A stretch of DNA of 64,000 bases from an uncultured Gemmatimonadales bacterium (GCA_963798085.1 CAWCRS010000007.1:448001-512000); one strand, 5' to 3'. Shown: positions 20,438-32,400, counted from the first letter of the stretch. Notes: generated by a model from the letters alone, not told the origin. Numbers and translations are program-made.

Positions 20438-21822
20438 GGGCGGCTGCCGCCGGGCGGCTGCGCGCGTTCGCCAGCCGGGTGCAGATGCGTCTGGAACCAG
20501 TCGAGTGCGAGCCGCGCGACCTTGTCCAGCGCGCCGGGTTCTTCGAAGAGGTGCGTCGCCTGCGGTATGATGTGCAGCTGCTTCTGCGAGCGCAGTGCGT
20601 CGAGCGCCGTGCGATTGAGCTCGATCACCTGCACGTCGCGGCCGCCGACGATGAGCAGTGTGGGCGCGCGCACCAGGCGCAGCGCATCGCCGGCGAGGTC
20701 GGGCCGGCCGCCGCGTGAGACGACGGCGCCGACGCGCGCGGGCCGGCGAGCCGCCGCCAGCAATGCCGCGGCGGCGCCGGTGCTGGCGCCGAAGTATCCG
20801 ATCGGAAGGTTGCGCAGGCCGGCATTCGCATCTGCCCAGTCGGTGGCGGCCACCAGCCGGCCGGTGAGCAGACCAATGTCGAAGCGCAGGTGACGCGTAC
20901 GCTCATCGACGGCTTCCTCATCCGCGGTGAGGAGGTCGAGCAGCAGTGTCGCGTACCCTCCGTTCTGCAGCACACCGGCGACCCGCCGGTTGCGCGCGCT
21001 GTGGCGGCTGCTGCCACTGCCGTGCGCGAACAATACGAGGCCCCGCGGCGCCGCAGGCAGGGCGAGGTCCGCATCGAGCAGCACACCGCCCGCCGGAATG
21101 CGCACGGCCTGCACGCCCGGTTCCGCGGCAGAGTGCGCCACGTCCAACACGGCTGCCTGGGCGAGCAGTGTACGCACCTCGTCGTCGGTAGTCTGGCGGA
21201 AATCGCTGTACCAGAGACTCACGCCCTCGAGCTGATCGACTTCGAAGACACTGATCACTTCGTCGGCCACTTCGCGCAGACGATCGAGCACAGCGCGCGC
21301 GCCCACGGGCACCGCCGCGATGATGCGCGCAGGGCCGAGGTGGCGCAGGGCGCGGGTGGCGGCGAGCATGGTCGAGCCTGTGGCCACGCCGTCATCGATG
21401 AGCAGGACCGTGCGGCCGGCGACGCTGAGTGGGGGCCGGTCGCCGCGGTAGAGCCGCTCGCGGCGCTGCAGCTCGTCCGTCTCGCGCCGGGCCGCCGCCT
21501 GCAGCACGGCATCGCCGATGCCCAGCATTTCGACGACCTCATCATTCACGACGAGAGTGCCACCGGAGGCGATCGCGCCCATGGCCAGCTCTTCCTGTCC
21601 CGGCACGCCCAGCTTGCGCACGACGAAGACATCAAGCGGCGCGTGCAGCGCGCGTGCGACCACGCTGGCCACGGGCAAGCCGCCGCGTGGCAGTGCCAGC
21701 ACGATTACCGGCGATCCAGCGAGGTGCTCGAGTCGGCTCGCCAGTGCGTGACCTGCGTCACGCCGGTCGCGAAACCGGTCACTCACGCGCGCATCCAGGC
21801 TGCTGGCGGCGCCATCGGGCAT
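20434..21822 (-). CDS. Phosphoribosyltransferase fused to a dienelactone-hydrolase domain
   Basis: FRDRRDAG..LPRGG..RKLGVPGQEELAMGA..LIDDGVATGST, then FAHGSGSSRHS..GYFGASTG..VSRGGRPDLA..HLFEE. Confidence 0.92.
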   Translation of the reverse strand: MPDGAASSLDARVSDRFRDRRDAGHALASRLEHLAGSPVIVLALPRGGLPVASVVARALHAPLDVFVVRKLGVPGQEELAMGAIASGGTLVVNDEVVEMLGIGDAVLQAAARRETDELQRRERLYRGDRPPLSVAGRTVLLIDDGVATGSTMLAATRALRHLGPARIIAAVPVGARAVLDRLREVADEVISVFEVDQLEGVSLWYSDFRQTTDDEVRTLLAQAAVLDVAHSAAEPGVQAVRIPAGGVLLDADLALPAAPRGLVLFAHGSGSSRHSARNRRVAGVLQNGGYATLLLDLLTADEEAVDERTRHLRFDIGLLTGRLVAATDWADANAGLRNLPIGYFGASTGAAAALLAAARRPARVGAVVSRGGRPDLAGDALRLVRAPTLLIVGGRDVQVIELNRTALDALRSQKQLHIIPQATHLFEEPGALDKVARLALDWFQTHLHPAGERAQPPGGSRP

Positions 21823-22029
21823 TCCTCGGCGAGGGGCGGGGGGATGTTGCAGAGATGCAGGTAGCGCCCGCGCCGGGCAAGGGTGGCGAGGCTTCGCGGC
21901 AGTGAACCGGAAGCGGAGGTGCGTGTACCAGAGGCCCGGCAAAAACGAAAACGGGCCTGCGACGTGACAGTGCACGGCCTCCTGGATCTGAAAGTAACGG
22001 CCGTCGCTGCACGGTCTCGAGGGCATAGA

Positions 22030-22944
22030 TTGAAGCGCAGTGTACTGATCCCGCTCGACGGGTCCATCCCGGCCGAGCGGGCGATACCGCTCGGTGTACA
22101 TCTTTCCGCCCGCTCACGATCTCGCCTGTGCCTGTTGCACGTGCAGGCGCCGATGCAGCCCAGACGCAACCCGGCGGACGCGTATCGCGCGGGTTTCCCG
22201 TCCAGTCAGGAAGCGGAACAATACATGACCGGACTGCTCGACCGGCTGGTGGGCAGCACCGGTGTCATCACAGCCGACGTCGTGCACGGTGAAGTCGAGG
22301 ATACGCTGGTGCACGAAACGCGCAAACACGACGTGGGGTGGGTGGTCATGTCGACGCACGGCGGCAGCGGCGTTCGCGGCGCGCCGATGGGCGACATGGC
22401 CGGTGCACTGCTGCGGCGGGCGCGCGTTCCGGTGCTGGCGATCGGCCCGCACGGGATGAGCGGAGCCATGAGTCGCGGTGACAGCACCGTGTCGAGCGAA
22501 GTGACCAACGTGCTGGTCGCACTGGAAGGCTCCACACCGGCAGAATCGGTGCTGCCGCCGGCGCAGGAACTGGCGCGCATCTGCGGCGCCCGCATCACAC
22601 TGCTTCATGTGGTGACGGACGCGCGGGCGGGTCCGGGCAGGGCCATTATTCCGGGCAGGTCAACAGCGCCGGCATCGCAGGGAAAAGAGATGGCGGCGTA
22701 CCTCGACGGTTTCGTGGAGCCGCTGGTCGACGCCGGCATCGAAGCGGACCGCCGGCTGATGCGCGCCGCGGATGTCGCCGGCGGCATCATCCGCGCGGCG
22801 GGCGAAGCAGGCGCAGACGTGATCGCCATGGTGACGCACACGCACAAGCCGGAGACTGCCGGCCTGGGCACGGCCTCGGCAGGCGTCGTGCAACGATCGC
22901 GTCTGCCGGTGCTGCTGATTCAGCCCGCGACGCAGCGATCCTGA
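22030..22944 (+). CDS. Tandem-domain universal stress protein
   Basis: VLIPLDGS...MSTHG.SG and VLVALEGS...PVLLI; TTG start after GAGGG. Confidence 0.85.
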   Translation: MKRSVLIPLDGSIPAERAIPLGVHLSARSRSRLCLLHVQAPMQPRRNPADAYRAGFPSSQEAEQYMTGLLDRLVGSTGVITADVVHGEVEDTLVHETRKHDVGWVVMSTHGGSGVRGAPMGDMAGALLRRARVPVLAIGPHGMSGAMSRGDSTVSSEVTNVLVALEGSTPAESVLPPAQELARICGARITLLHVVTDARAGPGRAIIPGRSTAPASQGKEMAAYLDGFVEPLVDAGIEADRRLMRAADVAGGIIRAAGEAGADVIAMVTHTHKPETAGLGTASAGVVQRSRLPVLLIQPATQRS

Positions 22945-22948
22945 TCCG

Positions 22949-23869
22949 TCAGTCCGGCCAGACGGCGGGGGGCGCGACCAGTACGGGAATGCGCGCGCTG
23001 CGAATCACCTTGTCGGCCACACTGCCCAGCAGTGCCCGCCTGAGCGGCCGGCTGCCGTGCGTTCCCAGCACGAGCAGGTCCGCTTTTTCCTGATTCGCTT
23101 CGCGCAACAGCGTGCCGGGCACATCCTCACTGACCAGCACACGACCGTCCACGTCGGGCCACAGCGGGCGGATGCGCATGAGGATGCGTGCGAGATACGC
23201 AGTCGAAGCGCTGCGCCGCTGCTCCGTGTCCGCGCGCTCCAATTCGCGCGCATCGGGCACGAAATGCGAAGGGTACTGGAACGGCGGCTCGATCACATGA
23301 AGCAGTGTGCCGCGACCGTGCTCCTGCAGCGAAGCGGCCATTTCCAGGGCGTGTTCTGCGGCCGCGGAGCCATCCATGGCGGCGACGACACTACGCAGTG
23401 GCGCGGGTGAGGGCAGTGGCGTGTGCAACAGCAGGATCGGCACGCTGGAAATGCGCAGCAGCGCATCCGCTGTGCTCCCCAGGATGGCGCGCTGCAATCC
23501 GCTGCGCGCATGCGTGGTCATGACGATCAGCTCGACAGCGTTCGTGCGAACGTAGGCATCAATGGCATCCGCGGCATGGCCCTGGAGCAGCGCCCAGCGG
23601 ACGGGCAGGCGACTGCGCTCAATGACACGACCTGCCAGCTCGCGTACGTAGGCGGTCTGCTTCTCCACGACTACGGGTCGCAGTCCGTCGAGTGGCGAGA
23701 GCGGCAGGTCGAGTGTGATGTCCCACTTCAACGACTGAAAAACGCTGACCAGGTGGAGCGTGGCACCATGACGCTGCGCGATGGCCTCGGCAATGGGCAG
23801 TGCGCCTTCGGCGAAGTTCGACGTGTCGACGGGAACCACAATGGAAGTCAGCATCGACGGTCTTTCCAT
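22949..23869 (-). CDS. Tandem-domain universal stress protein
   Basis: IVVPVDTS..MTTHARSG..LGSTA and AAMDGS..LGTHG..LLGSVADKVIR. Confidence 0.92.
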   Translation of the reverse strand: MERPSMLTSIVVPVDTSNFAEGALPIAEAIAQRHGATLHLVSVFQSLKWDITLDLPLSPLDGLRPVVVEKQTAYVRELAGRVIERSRLPVRWALLQGHAADAIDAYVRTNAVELIVMTTHARSGLQRAILGSTADALLRISSVPILLLHTPLPSPAPLRSVVAAMDGSAAAEHALEMAASLQEHGRGTLLHVIEPPFQYPSHFVPDARELERADTEQRRSASTAYLARILMRIRPLWPDVDGRVLVSEDVPGTLLREANQEKADLLVLGTHGSRPLRRALLGSVADKVIRSARIPVLVAPPAVWPD

Positions 23870-23889
23870 GTCGCCCGATTCGCCGGGCG

Positions 23890-25384
<1,495 letters not shown>

Positions 25385-25394
25385 GGTTCCCTCC

Positions 25395-27410
25395 TCAGGT
25401 TGAGAACAGCGGGCGCTGCGGCGCCAGCGCTGTGAGCGTGAACCAGAATTCGCTGCCCCGACCCGGCGAGGATGCCACATCCATGCGGCCGCCGTGCGCC
25501 TCGACAATGCCGCGGGCAATGGAGAGCCCCAGGCCGGCGCCCCGGCGGTCGCCTTTGAATCCCTGCCAGAACGGAGCGAAGATGTGTTCGCGGTCCGCGG
25601 CACTGATGCCGGGGCCGGTGTCTGTCACGGAAAAGCGCACATCATCCTCCGCCGCCTGTGCGCTGAGGGTGATGCTGCCGTAGCGGGGTGTAAACTTGAG
25701 CGCGTTGTCCAGCAGATTGGCAAACACCTGGTTAATGCGGACGGGGTCGACGGAAACCCAGGGCAGATCGGGCGCCGCGTCCACGCGCAGCTCGATCTCG
25801 CGGGCGGCGGCCTGCGGCCGGAAACGGCTGGCCGCTTCCTCGAGCAGCGCACGCGCCGGCAGGGGCTCGACTTCGACTGTCAGCCGGCCGGCCTCGATGG
25901 CGCGCACGTCCAGCAGATCCTGGATCAGGCGGTTCATACGGTCCGCCTCGCGCAGAATCGCCTGCGCGGCGCGGCGGTGCGACTGGTCCGTGCCCTCGCC
26001 CAGGTAGTGCGTGAGCATGTCCGCGGCCAGCGTGATGCCGTTCAGCGGACTGCGCAGATCGTGGGCGACGATGCCCAGCACCCGTTCCCGCGCGCGCGCC
26101 GCCTGCTGCTCCGCGTGATAGAGCCGGGCATTGTCCAGCGCGAGGGCTGCACGCCGGCCCAGCTCCTGCGCCAGCGGCAGATCCGCTGTCTGATAAGGCC
26201 GGCCGGTCCGCCCGCGCACGAGCAGCATGACGCCCAGTACTTCACCACGGGCGACGAGTGGCACCGCCAGCGCCGACGCCGGGCTCAGCTGTTGCAGCAG
26301 CGCCGCGTGCTCGCCGTTGCGCGCCAGTGCAGCCAGGACGCCTTCGTCGATGTGCTCGATCAGGGCGGGGCGGCGAGTCTGCAGCGCTTTCCAGGCAATG
26401 TGCGCGCGGTCCGAGGTCAGCGGGTGTTCTAACAGTGCGTCAGCCAGCGACTGGCGCGCGGGATCGTGGTGCGCCGCCGCCACGCGGCGCAGCGTGCCTC
26501 GCCCGTCCGCGAGGTCGACCACGCACCACTCGGCGAGATGGCGGGCGCCCAGACGGGCCGTGCGGTGCAGCGCTTCCGTGAGGTCCAGCGTCGAGGAAAG
26601 CTCCTCGCCGGCATCCGCCAGGAAGCGCTGCTGCGCCTGCAGCTGGAGCGTCGCCGTAATGTCGTGCACCACGGCGGTGTACACGTGCTCGCCCTCGATG
26701 ACGACGCTGCTGATGGCCACATCGGCGGTGAATTCTTCGCCCGACTTGCGCCGCCCGGTGACGGGCCGCCCGGCCATGCGCACCGGCTGCTCCATGTCCT
26801 CACCGAGGCGGCGCACGTGCTCGCGGTGCGCTTCGCCGAAGCGTTCCGGAATCAGCCGCTCGATGGGCTGACCGAGTACCTCGACATCGTCATAGCCGAA
26901 CAGGCGCTCGGCCGCGCGATTGAACTGTACAATGCGCTGCGTTTCGTCGATCGAGATGATGGCGTCCGGCGCGATCGCGACGATGCTCGTATAGCGCTCT
27001 TCCGAGCGCCGCAGCGCCAGCTCGGTCCGCTTCTGCTCGGAGATGTCCTGCAGGATCACGAAGCCCCAGGCCACAGTCCCGGAGGCACTACGCATCAGCG
27101 TGGCCGTGATACGGACCCACACGGCCTGACCATCGCGGCGGACCAGGCGAGTGTCCTCGGTGAAGCGTTCCCGCGTGCCCGCCAGCAGTTCCCGACAACG
27201 ACGCAGCAGCATGAAGCGCTGCGCGGTGTCGATCAGCTGCCCAATGGCCCGGCCGCGCAACGCAGCGCCCTCGTAACCCAGCAGCGCCGCGGCAGCGGAA
27301 TTGGCCACCTCGATCGTGCCGTGCTCATCGACGAGCAAGAACCCCGATCCCGCATTCTCGAAGACTGTGCGGAACCGGGCTTCGTCGCTTAGATCGAATG
27401 TGGTCGGCAT
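25395..27410 (-). CDS. Cytoplasmic PAS-PAS-GAF histidine kinase
   Basis: Two PAS repeats, GAF (ELGRRAALALDNARLY), AHDLRSPL H-box, NLLDNALKF, DTGPG, GLGLSI; no TM helix seen. Confidence 0.93.
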   Translation of the reverse strand: MPTTFDLSDEARFRTVFENAGSGFLLVDEHGTIEVANSAAAALLGYEGAALRGRAIGQLIDTAQRFMLLRRCRELLAGTRERFTEDTRLVRRDGQAVWVRITATLMRSASGTVAWGFVILQDISEQKRTELALRRSEERYTSIVAIAPDAIISIDETQRIVQFNRAAERLFGYDDVEVLGQPIERLIPERFGEAHREHVRRLGEDMEQPVRMAGRPVTGRRKSGEEFTADVAISSVVIEGEHVYTAVVHDITATLQLQAQQRFLADAGEELSSTLDLTEALHRTARLGARHLAEWCVVDLADGRGTLRRVAAAHHDPARQSLADALLEHPLTSDRAHIAWKALQTRRPALIEHIDEGVLAALARNGEHAALLQQLSPASALAVPLVARGEVLGVMLLVRGRTGRPYQTADLPLAQELGRRAALALDNARLYHAEQQAARARERVLGIVAHDLRSPLNGITLAADMLTHYLGEGTDQSHRRAAQAILREADRMNRLIQDLLDVRAIEAGRLTVEVEPLPARALLEEAASRFRPQAAAREIELRVDAAPDLPWVSVDPVRINQVFANLLDNALKFTPRYGSITLSAQAAEDDVRFSVTDTGPGISAADREHIFAPFWQGFKGDRRGAGLGLSIARGIVEAHGGRMDVASSPGRGSEFWFTLTALAPQRPLFST

Positions 27411-27561
27411 GGACCCTTCCCCACCCCGAATTCGAGCGCCGCCCGCGAGGGGCGGCGTCGGGATCCCGCGAAACGTTGGTCAGGAATGGAACCGCCAACA
27501 AGGCGGGATTTCACCACCGGCAGGAAAGGGAAAACCCGCTCCATCCGGAGCGTCGCGGCGG

Positions 27562-29607
27562 CTACGCGGCGCCGGCGCGGCGCAGCAGAGCCAGGAACTG
27601 CCTTTCGGTGAGCAGGCGGATCCCCAGGCGTCGGGCCGTCTCGAGCTTCTGCCCGGCCTTGGTGCCGACGACGACGAAGTCCGTGTCATGCGTGACCGTG
27701 GCGGCACTCAAGCCGCCTTGCGCCTCGACCCTGCGCCCGGCGTCCCTGCGCGAGAGCTGCTCGAGGGCGCCGGTAAAGACGAAGCGCCGGCCGCGCAGTG
27801 GGCGCGCCCCGGACCTCGTCGCCACGGGCTTCACACCCTGGCGCAGGAGGCGGTCAAGGGCGCGGCGATTGGGGCGCTCGGCGAAGAAGTCGCGAATCTG
27901 CCGGGCCATGACGCTGCCGATGCCGGCGATGCGCACCAGCTCACCCGTCGATGCGCTCATGATGCGCGGCAGGCTGCCCAAACGCTGTGTCAGGTCGCGC
28001 GCCACGGCAGGGCCAACGCCGGGCACGCCGAGGGCGACCAGCAGACGGTGCAGCTCCGGATGACGGCTGGCGGCAATGGCAGACACCAGCTTGCTCGCGG
28101 AGCGCTCGCCGAAGCGCGGCAGCGGCGTGAGATCGGCAGCGCGCAAGGCATACAGGTCGGCAGGCTCCCGCACGAGGCCGCGCTCGACCAGCAGGCGCGC
28201 GGTCTCCTCGCCAAGGCCCTCGATGTCCAGCGCGTCGGGTGACGCGTAATGCACGAGGCGGCCCACGAGTTGCGCGGGACAGCCCAGCCGGTTGGGGCAG
28301 ACCGTGAACGGCCCATCCCGGACCACGGGCGTACCACAGGCAGGGCAGCGACGCGGCATGCGGAACGGCGCCCCCCGCCGCACACCTCGCCGCGGCAGCC
28401 GCTCGACGACTTCCGGAATCACATCGCCGGCGCGGTGCACGCGCACACGGTCTCCGGCACGGATGTCCCTGCGCCGCACTTCATCACGATTGTGCAGGGT
28501 GGCACGCGAAACGGTGACGCCGCCCACCTCGACCGGCCGCAGCAGCGCCACTGGCGTGAGCACCCCGGTGCGGCCTACCTGTACCGCGATCTGTTCGACG
28601 CGCGTGACCTCGGCACGCGGCTCGAACTTGTACGCCAGCGCCCAGCGCGGGTGGTGCGCGGTCACGCCGAAGCGGGCCCGCAGCGGCACGTCATCCAGCT
28701 TCACGACAATGCCGTCGATCTCGTAGTCGAGCCCGTCCCTCGCCTGCCCGCGACCCCGGTGATAACGCAGGATTTCAGCCTCGCCGCGCGCGGTCTCGAC
28801 CGGTTCGGGCGTGCGAAAACCCCACGTGCGCAGTCTTGCCAGAGCTGCCGAGTCCGTAGCGAACGGGCGGCCCGACACGGCCAGCACTTCGTACACGAGA
28901 TACTCGAGCGGCCGCTGCGCGGTGATGCGCGCGTCCAGCTGGCGCAGCGAGCCGGCGGCCGCGTTGCGCGGATTCGCGAACGGCTCGGCGCCCTGCTCGA
29001 CCAGGCGCCGATTGAGTGTTTCGAAAGCAGCAACAGTCATGAGCACTTCGCCGCGCACGGCCAGCAGTGCGGGCGGCTGGCGGGCGTGCAGTCTGAGCGG
29101 TACCGAGCGAATGGTGCGCGCGTTGGCCGTGACCCGCTCGCCGCGCACACCGTTGCCACGCGTAACGGCGCGCACCAGCACGCCGGCTTCGTAGACCGCT
29201 TCCAGCGAAAGGCCGTCGAGCTTGGGCTGAAGAATGAAACGGGCAGCGTCGCCTGCCATCTTGTGCGCGCGATCCACGAAGCGGCTCACCACCGCGGCAT
29301 CGCGCGTGGCTTCGAGGCTGAGCATGGGCGCCGCGTGCGCGGCGGTCACGAAGCCTTCGCGCGGGGCGCCGGCCACGCGTTGCGTCGGTGAGTCCGGGGT
29401 CACCAGTGCGGGATGCTGCGCCTCCAGCTGCCGCAGCTCCTGGTACAACGCGTCGTACGCATCGTCCGAGATCTGCGGTCGGTCCAGTTCATAGTACAGG
29501 TGATCGTGGCGGCGGATCTCGTCGCGCAGCGCGGCAATGCGGCGGGCGGCGCTGACCGCACGGCCCGCCCGCTTCGGCTGCTTCCCCCGCGTTTTGCGCT
29601 GCGCCAT
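27562..29607 (-). CDS. ligA: NAD-dependent DNA ligase
   Basis: YY..ISD..YD, PKLDG, TRGNG, NPRNAAAGSLRQLD, DGIVVK, VGRTG, C4 zinc finger, HhH repeats, BRCT. Confidence 0.96.
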   Translation of the reverse strand: MAQRKTRGKQPKRAGRAVSAARRIAALRDEIRRHDHLYYELDRPQISDDAYDALYQELRQLEAQHPALVTPDSPTQRVAGAPREGFVTAAHAAPMLSLEATRDAAVVSRFVDRAHKMAGDAARFILQPKLDGLSLEAVYEAGVLVRAVTRGNGVRGERVTANARTIRSVPLRLHARQPPALLAVRGEVLMTVAAFETLNRRLVEQGAEPFANPRNAAAGSLRQLDARITAQRPLEYLVYEVLAVSGRPFATDSAALARLRTWGFRTPEPVETARGEAEILRYHRGRGQARDGLDYEIDGIVVKLDDVPLRARFGVTAHHPRWALAYKFEPRAEVTRVEQIAVQVGRTGVLTPVALLRPVEVGGVTVSRATLHNRDEVRRRDIRAGDRVRVHRAGDVIPEVVERLPRRGVRRGAPFRMPRRCPACGTPVVRDGPFTVCPNRLGCPAQLVGRLVHYASPDALDIEGLGEETARLLVERGLVREPADLYALRAADLTPLPRFGERSASKLVSAIAASRHPELHRLLVALGVPGVGPAVARDLTQRLGSLPRIMSASTGELVRIAGIGSVMARQIRDFFAERPNRRALDRLLRQGVKPVATRSGARPLRGRRFVFTGALEQLSRRDAGRRVEAQGGLSAATVTHDTDFVVVGTKAGQKLETARRLGIRLLTERQFLALLRRAGAA

Positions 29608-29869
29608 GGAATCACCATGAAAGCGCGGAACGGGCGAGGCGCGTGGACCACGATGCCCGGGATGACGATCACGGAGCCTCGCCTGCACACCAGGGTAGGC
29701 AGCGCCACCGCCACGCACCAGTCGCGCCGCTCCGCGTCTCAGCGTGCGGCCGTGTACGCGCATCGGGAAACCTCCGCACCGGGCGCGGGCTTTCTCCTCT
29801 CACGCGGCGCGCGCCGGGCGTGCATCATGCGATGCGAGCGTGTACGCCATGCGCTCGAACAGGCAGGAG

Positions 29870-31591
29870 ATGATGTCCGTCTACTCGGCGATCGCCATCG
29901 ACTACGACGGTACGCTGACCCGCACGCCTCGCCCATCCGCGGAAGTGCTCGCGGCAGTGCGCGAAGCGCGCGCGCAGGGGCGCAAGGTGCTGCTCTGCAC
30001 GGGCCGCATCCTCGATGAGCTGCGCACCGATTTCCCCGAGGTGCAGGATCACTTCGACGCCATCGTCGGCGAGAATGGCGCAGTGGCGCTCACGCGGACG
30101 GGGGAGCGTGCGCTGGCGCCCGCCGTGCCCGCGGAGCTGGAGACGGCGCTGCACATGCACGGCGTCAATGTGCGTCGCGGGCGAGTGCTGCTGGCGACCG
30201 AAGCGCGTGCCGCGCAGTTCGCGCTCGCCGAAATCCAGCGGCTGGGCCTCGACTGCCAGCTCATCCGCAACCGCAACGCACTCATGGTGCTGCCCACAGG
30301 CGTTTCCAAAGGCACGGGTCTGCGCCACGTGCTGGGAGAACTGGGCCTCTCCTGCCACAGCACCATCGCCATTGGCGACGCGGAGAACGACATCAGCCTG
30401 ATCGATGCCTGCGAGCTGGGCGTGGCCGTCGGTGATGCGGTCGATTCCCTCAAGGCGCACGCGGATGTCGTGCTGAGCGAATCGAATGGCCGCGGCGTAA
30501 CGCAGTTTCTGCAGGGGAAGCTGGTCAAGGGCGAAATCCAGGTGCACCCGCGGCGCTGGCAGGTGCAGCTCGGCCGCTACCTCGACGGTTCGCCCGCGCT
30601 GCTGCCCGCATCGCAGATCAACGTGCTGATCAGGGGCGCAACCGGAAGCGGCAAGTCATACATGGCCGGACTGTTTGCGGAACGCCTCATCGGCATGGGC
30701 TACTCGCTCTGCATCCTGGACCCGGAAGGCGACTACGAGTCGCTGGGCCGACTGCAGGGCGTACTCGTTCTGGGCGGCACGCAGGCGCCCCCTGCACCGG
30801 CACTGCTCGCGCGCCTGCTGCACAACCGATTCAGCAGCGTGGTCGTCGACCTTGCGCTGGTGGACGCCGAGGGGAAACGAGTGTACTGCCGCGACGCGCT
30901 CGCGGAGCTGGAAGGACTGCGCGCAGAGACCGGGCTGCCACACTGGATCTTCGTCGACGAAGCGGACCAGCTGATGCAGAAGATGCCTGTTGCGCTGCAG
31001 AGCAGTCTGCCTGCGACGGGTTTCTGCCTCGTCAGCTATCATCCCGATGCCGTGCCGCCTCACGCGCTGTCGAACATCGATCACGTGATCGCGCTGCCCG
31101 ATCCGGCAGGCGAGGCGGCGTGGCCCCTGGGTCACGCTCCGGCGCAGACACACGAGCGTGATGGCCGGCCGCTGCTGGCCATGCTGGAAACGCGGCTCGA
31201 GCAGCGGCCGTTCCGCGTGGGCGAGCGGCTCTGCCCGCACGTGCGGCACTGGCACAAGTACCTGCACGGCTCACTGCCCGCGCACCTGCGCTTCTTTTTC
31301 CGCGATGCCGCGGGCAATGTCAGCGGTTCGGCCGGCAACATCGCGGATTTCCGCAGCCTGCTGGGTCGCAGCGCGGCTGCCATTGTGGAGCACCATCTGC
31401 GTGGCGGCGACTTCTCACGCTGGATTCGTGACGTGCTCCAGGACACGGAACTGGCGGACGACATCGCCCGCATCGAGAAGAGCAGTGTCGCCAGCACAGT
31501 CAATGGCGGGGCCGCGAAGCGGCTCGTACTGCGCGCCATCGAGCAGCGCTACTGTGATCGCGCCTGCAATTGTCTTGCGGTTGCCGACTGA
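29870..31591 (+). CDS. Cof/SPP-type HAD phosphatase fused to a P-loop (HerA/DUF87-like) domain and a C-terminal DUF5752-like domain; start could also be 29849 or 29873
   Basis: DYDGTL, TGR, GDAEND; GATGSGKS Walker A, DPEGDY, FVDEA Walker B; GDFSRWIRDVLQD..LA tail. Confidence 0.82.
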   Translation: MMSVYSAIAIDYDGTLTRTPRPSAEVLAAVREARAQGRKVLLCTGRILDELRTDFPEVQDHFDAIVGENGAVALTRTGERALAPAVPAELETALHMHGVNVRRGRVLLATEARAAQFALAEIQRLGLDCQLIRNRNALMVLPTGVSKGTGLRHVLGELGLSCHSTIAIGDAENDISLIDACELGVAVGDAVDSLKAHADVVLSESNGRGVTQFLQGKLVKGEIQVHPRRWQVQLGRYLDGSPALLPASQINVLIRGATGSGKSYMAGLFAERLIGMGYSLCILDPEGDYESLGRLQGVLVLGGTQAPPAPALLARLLHNRFSSVVVDLALVDAEGKRVYCRDALAELEGLRAETGLPHWIFVDEADQLMQKMPVALQSSLPATGFCLVSYHPDAVPPHALSNIDHVIALPDPAGEAAWPLGHAPAQTHERDGRPLLAMLETRLEQRPFRVGERLCPHVRHWHKYLHGSLPAHLRFFFRDAAGNVSGSAGNIADFRSLLGRSAAAIVEHHLRGGDFSRWIRDVLQDTELADDIARIEKSSVASTVNGGAAKRLVLRAIEQRYCDRACNCLAVAD

Positions 31592-31777
31592 GATGCATCG
31601 GCCATTTCGCGACCGCCTCACGCACAGGTTCGGGACATTATTGCACAGCGCGTTCCGCGTTCCGCGTCACTGCGAGTGCAGCGCGTGCTTGCGAACGCTC
31701 ACGCTTGTTGTGCCCTCACGCACAGTTACGCAGGTGGTTGGCTGCGCTCGCGAAAACCGGACGAAGCGCCCCGCGCA

Positions 31778-31793
31778 CGGCACTGCGTTTGCC
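31778..31793 (+). promoter_or_regulatory. Putative sigma-54 (-24/-12) promoter of hsp20
   Basis: CGGCACTGCGTTTGCC has GG-N10-GC with the GGCAC and TTGC cores, about 150 bp upstream of the ATG. Confidence 0.7.
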
Positions 31794-31941
31794 TCTCTCT
31801 ACCCGCGGCGATCCGGGTAACAGGAAGTTGCCAGACAGGGCCACACGGACCCGGCTCGCGCGGGCAGAATGAACGCTGCGGAGACACCGCAGCCCGGGTT
31901 TCAGAGAAGGAACGGAATTTTCCAACAGAGGGTGGGCTCCC

Positions 31942-32400
31942 ATGCCAATCACCAAGTATCGCACACCGACGCTCCGCTTCTATCCGTTCGCGGAGTTCGA
32001 TGACCTGGAGAAGCGTTTCCGCCGCCTGGCAAACGAAGTCATGGAGCCGGTCGTGCCGCAGGGCGCGCTGACGTTCTTCCCCGCCGTCGAAGTGATCGAG
32101 AAGCCGGAGGCGCTGCTCCTCACCGCCGAGCTGCCGGGCATGAAGCCCGGTGAAGTGAGCATCGAGGTGGAGAACAACATCCTCACCCTGAAGGGCGAGA
32201 AGAAGGAGGAGTTCGAGGAGAAGGACGTCCGCTTCCACATCTGGGAGCGGCACTATGGCAGCTTCGAGCGGTCGCTGCCGCTGCCCCGCACCGTGGACCC
32301 CGAGAAGATCAAGGCGGAGTTCGAGAACGGCATTCTGAAGGTCGTGATGCCGAAGGTGACCGAGGCGAAGGGCCGCAAGATCGAGGTCAAGACGAAGTAA
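31942..32400 (+). CDS. Small heat-shock protein (Hsp20/alpha-crystallin)
   Basis: AELPG, LTLKGEK, ERHYGSFERS.PLP, AEFENGIL. Confidence 0.96.
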   Translation: MPITKYRTPTLRFYPFAEFDDLEKRFRRLANEVMEPVVPQGALTFFPAVEVIEKPEALLLTAELPGMKPGEVSIEVENNILTLKGEKKEEFEEKDVRFHIWERHYGSFERSLPLPRTVDPEKIKAEFENGILKVVMPKVTEAKGRKIEVKTK

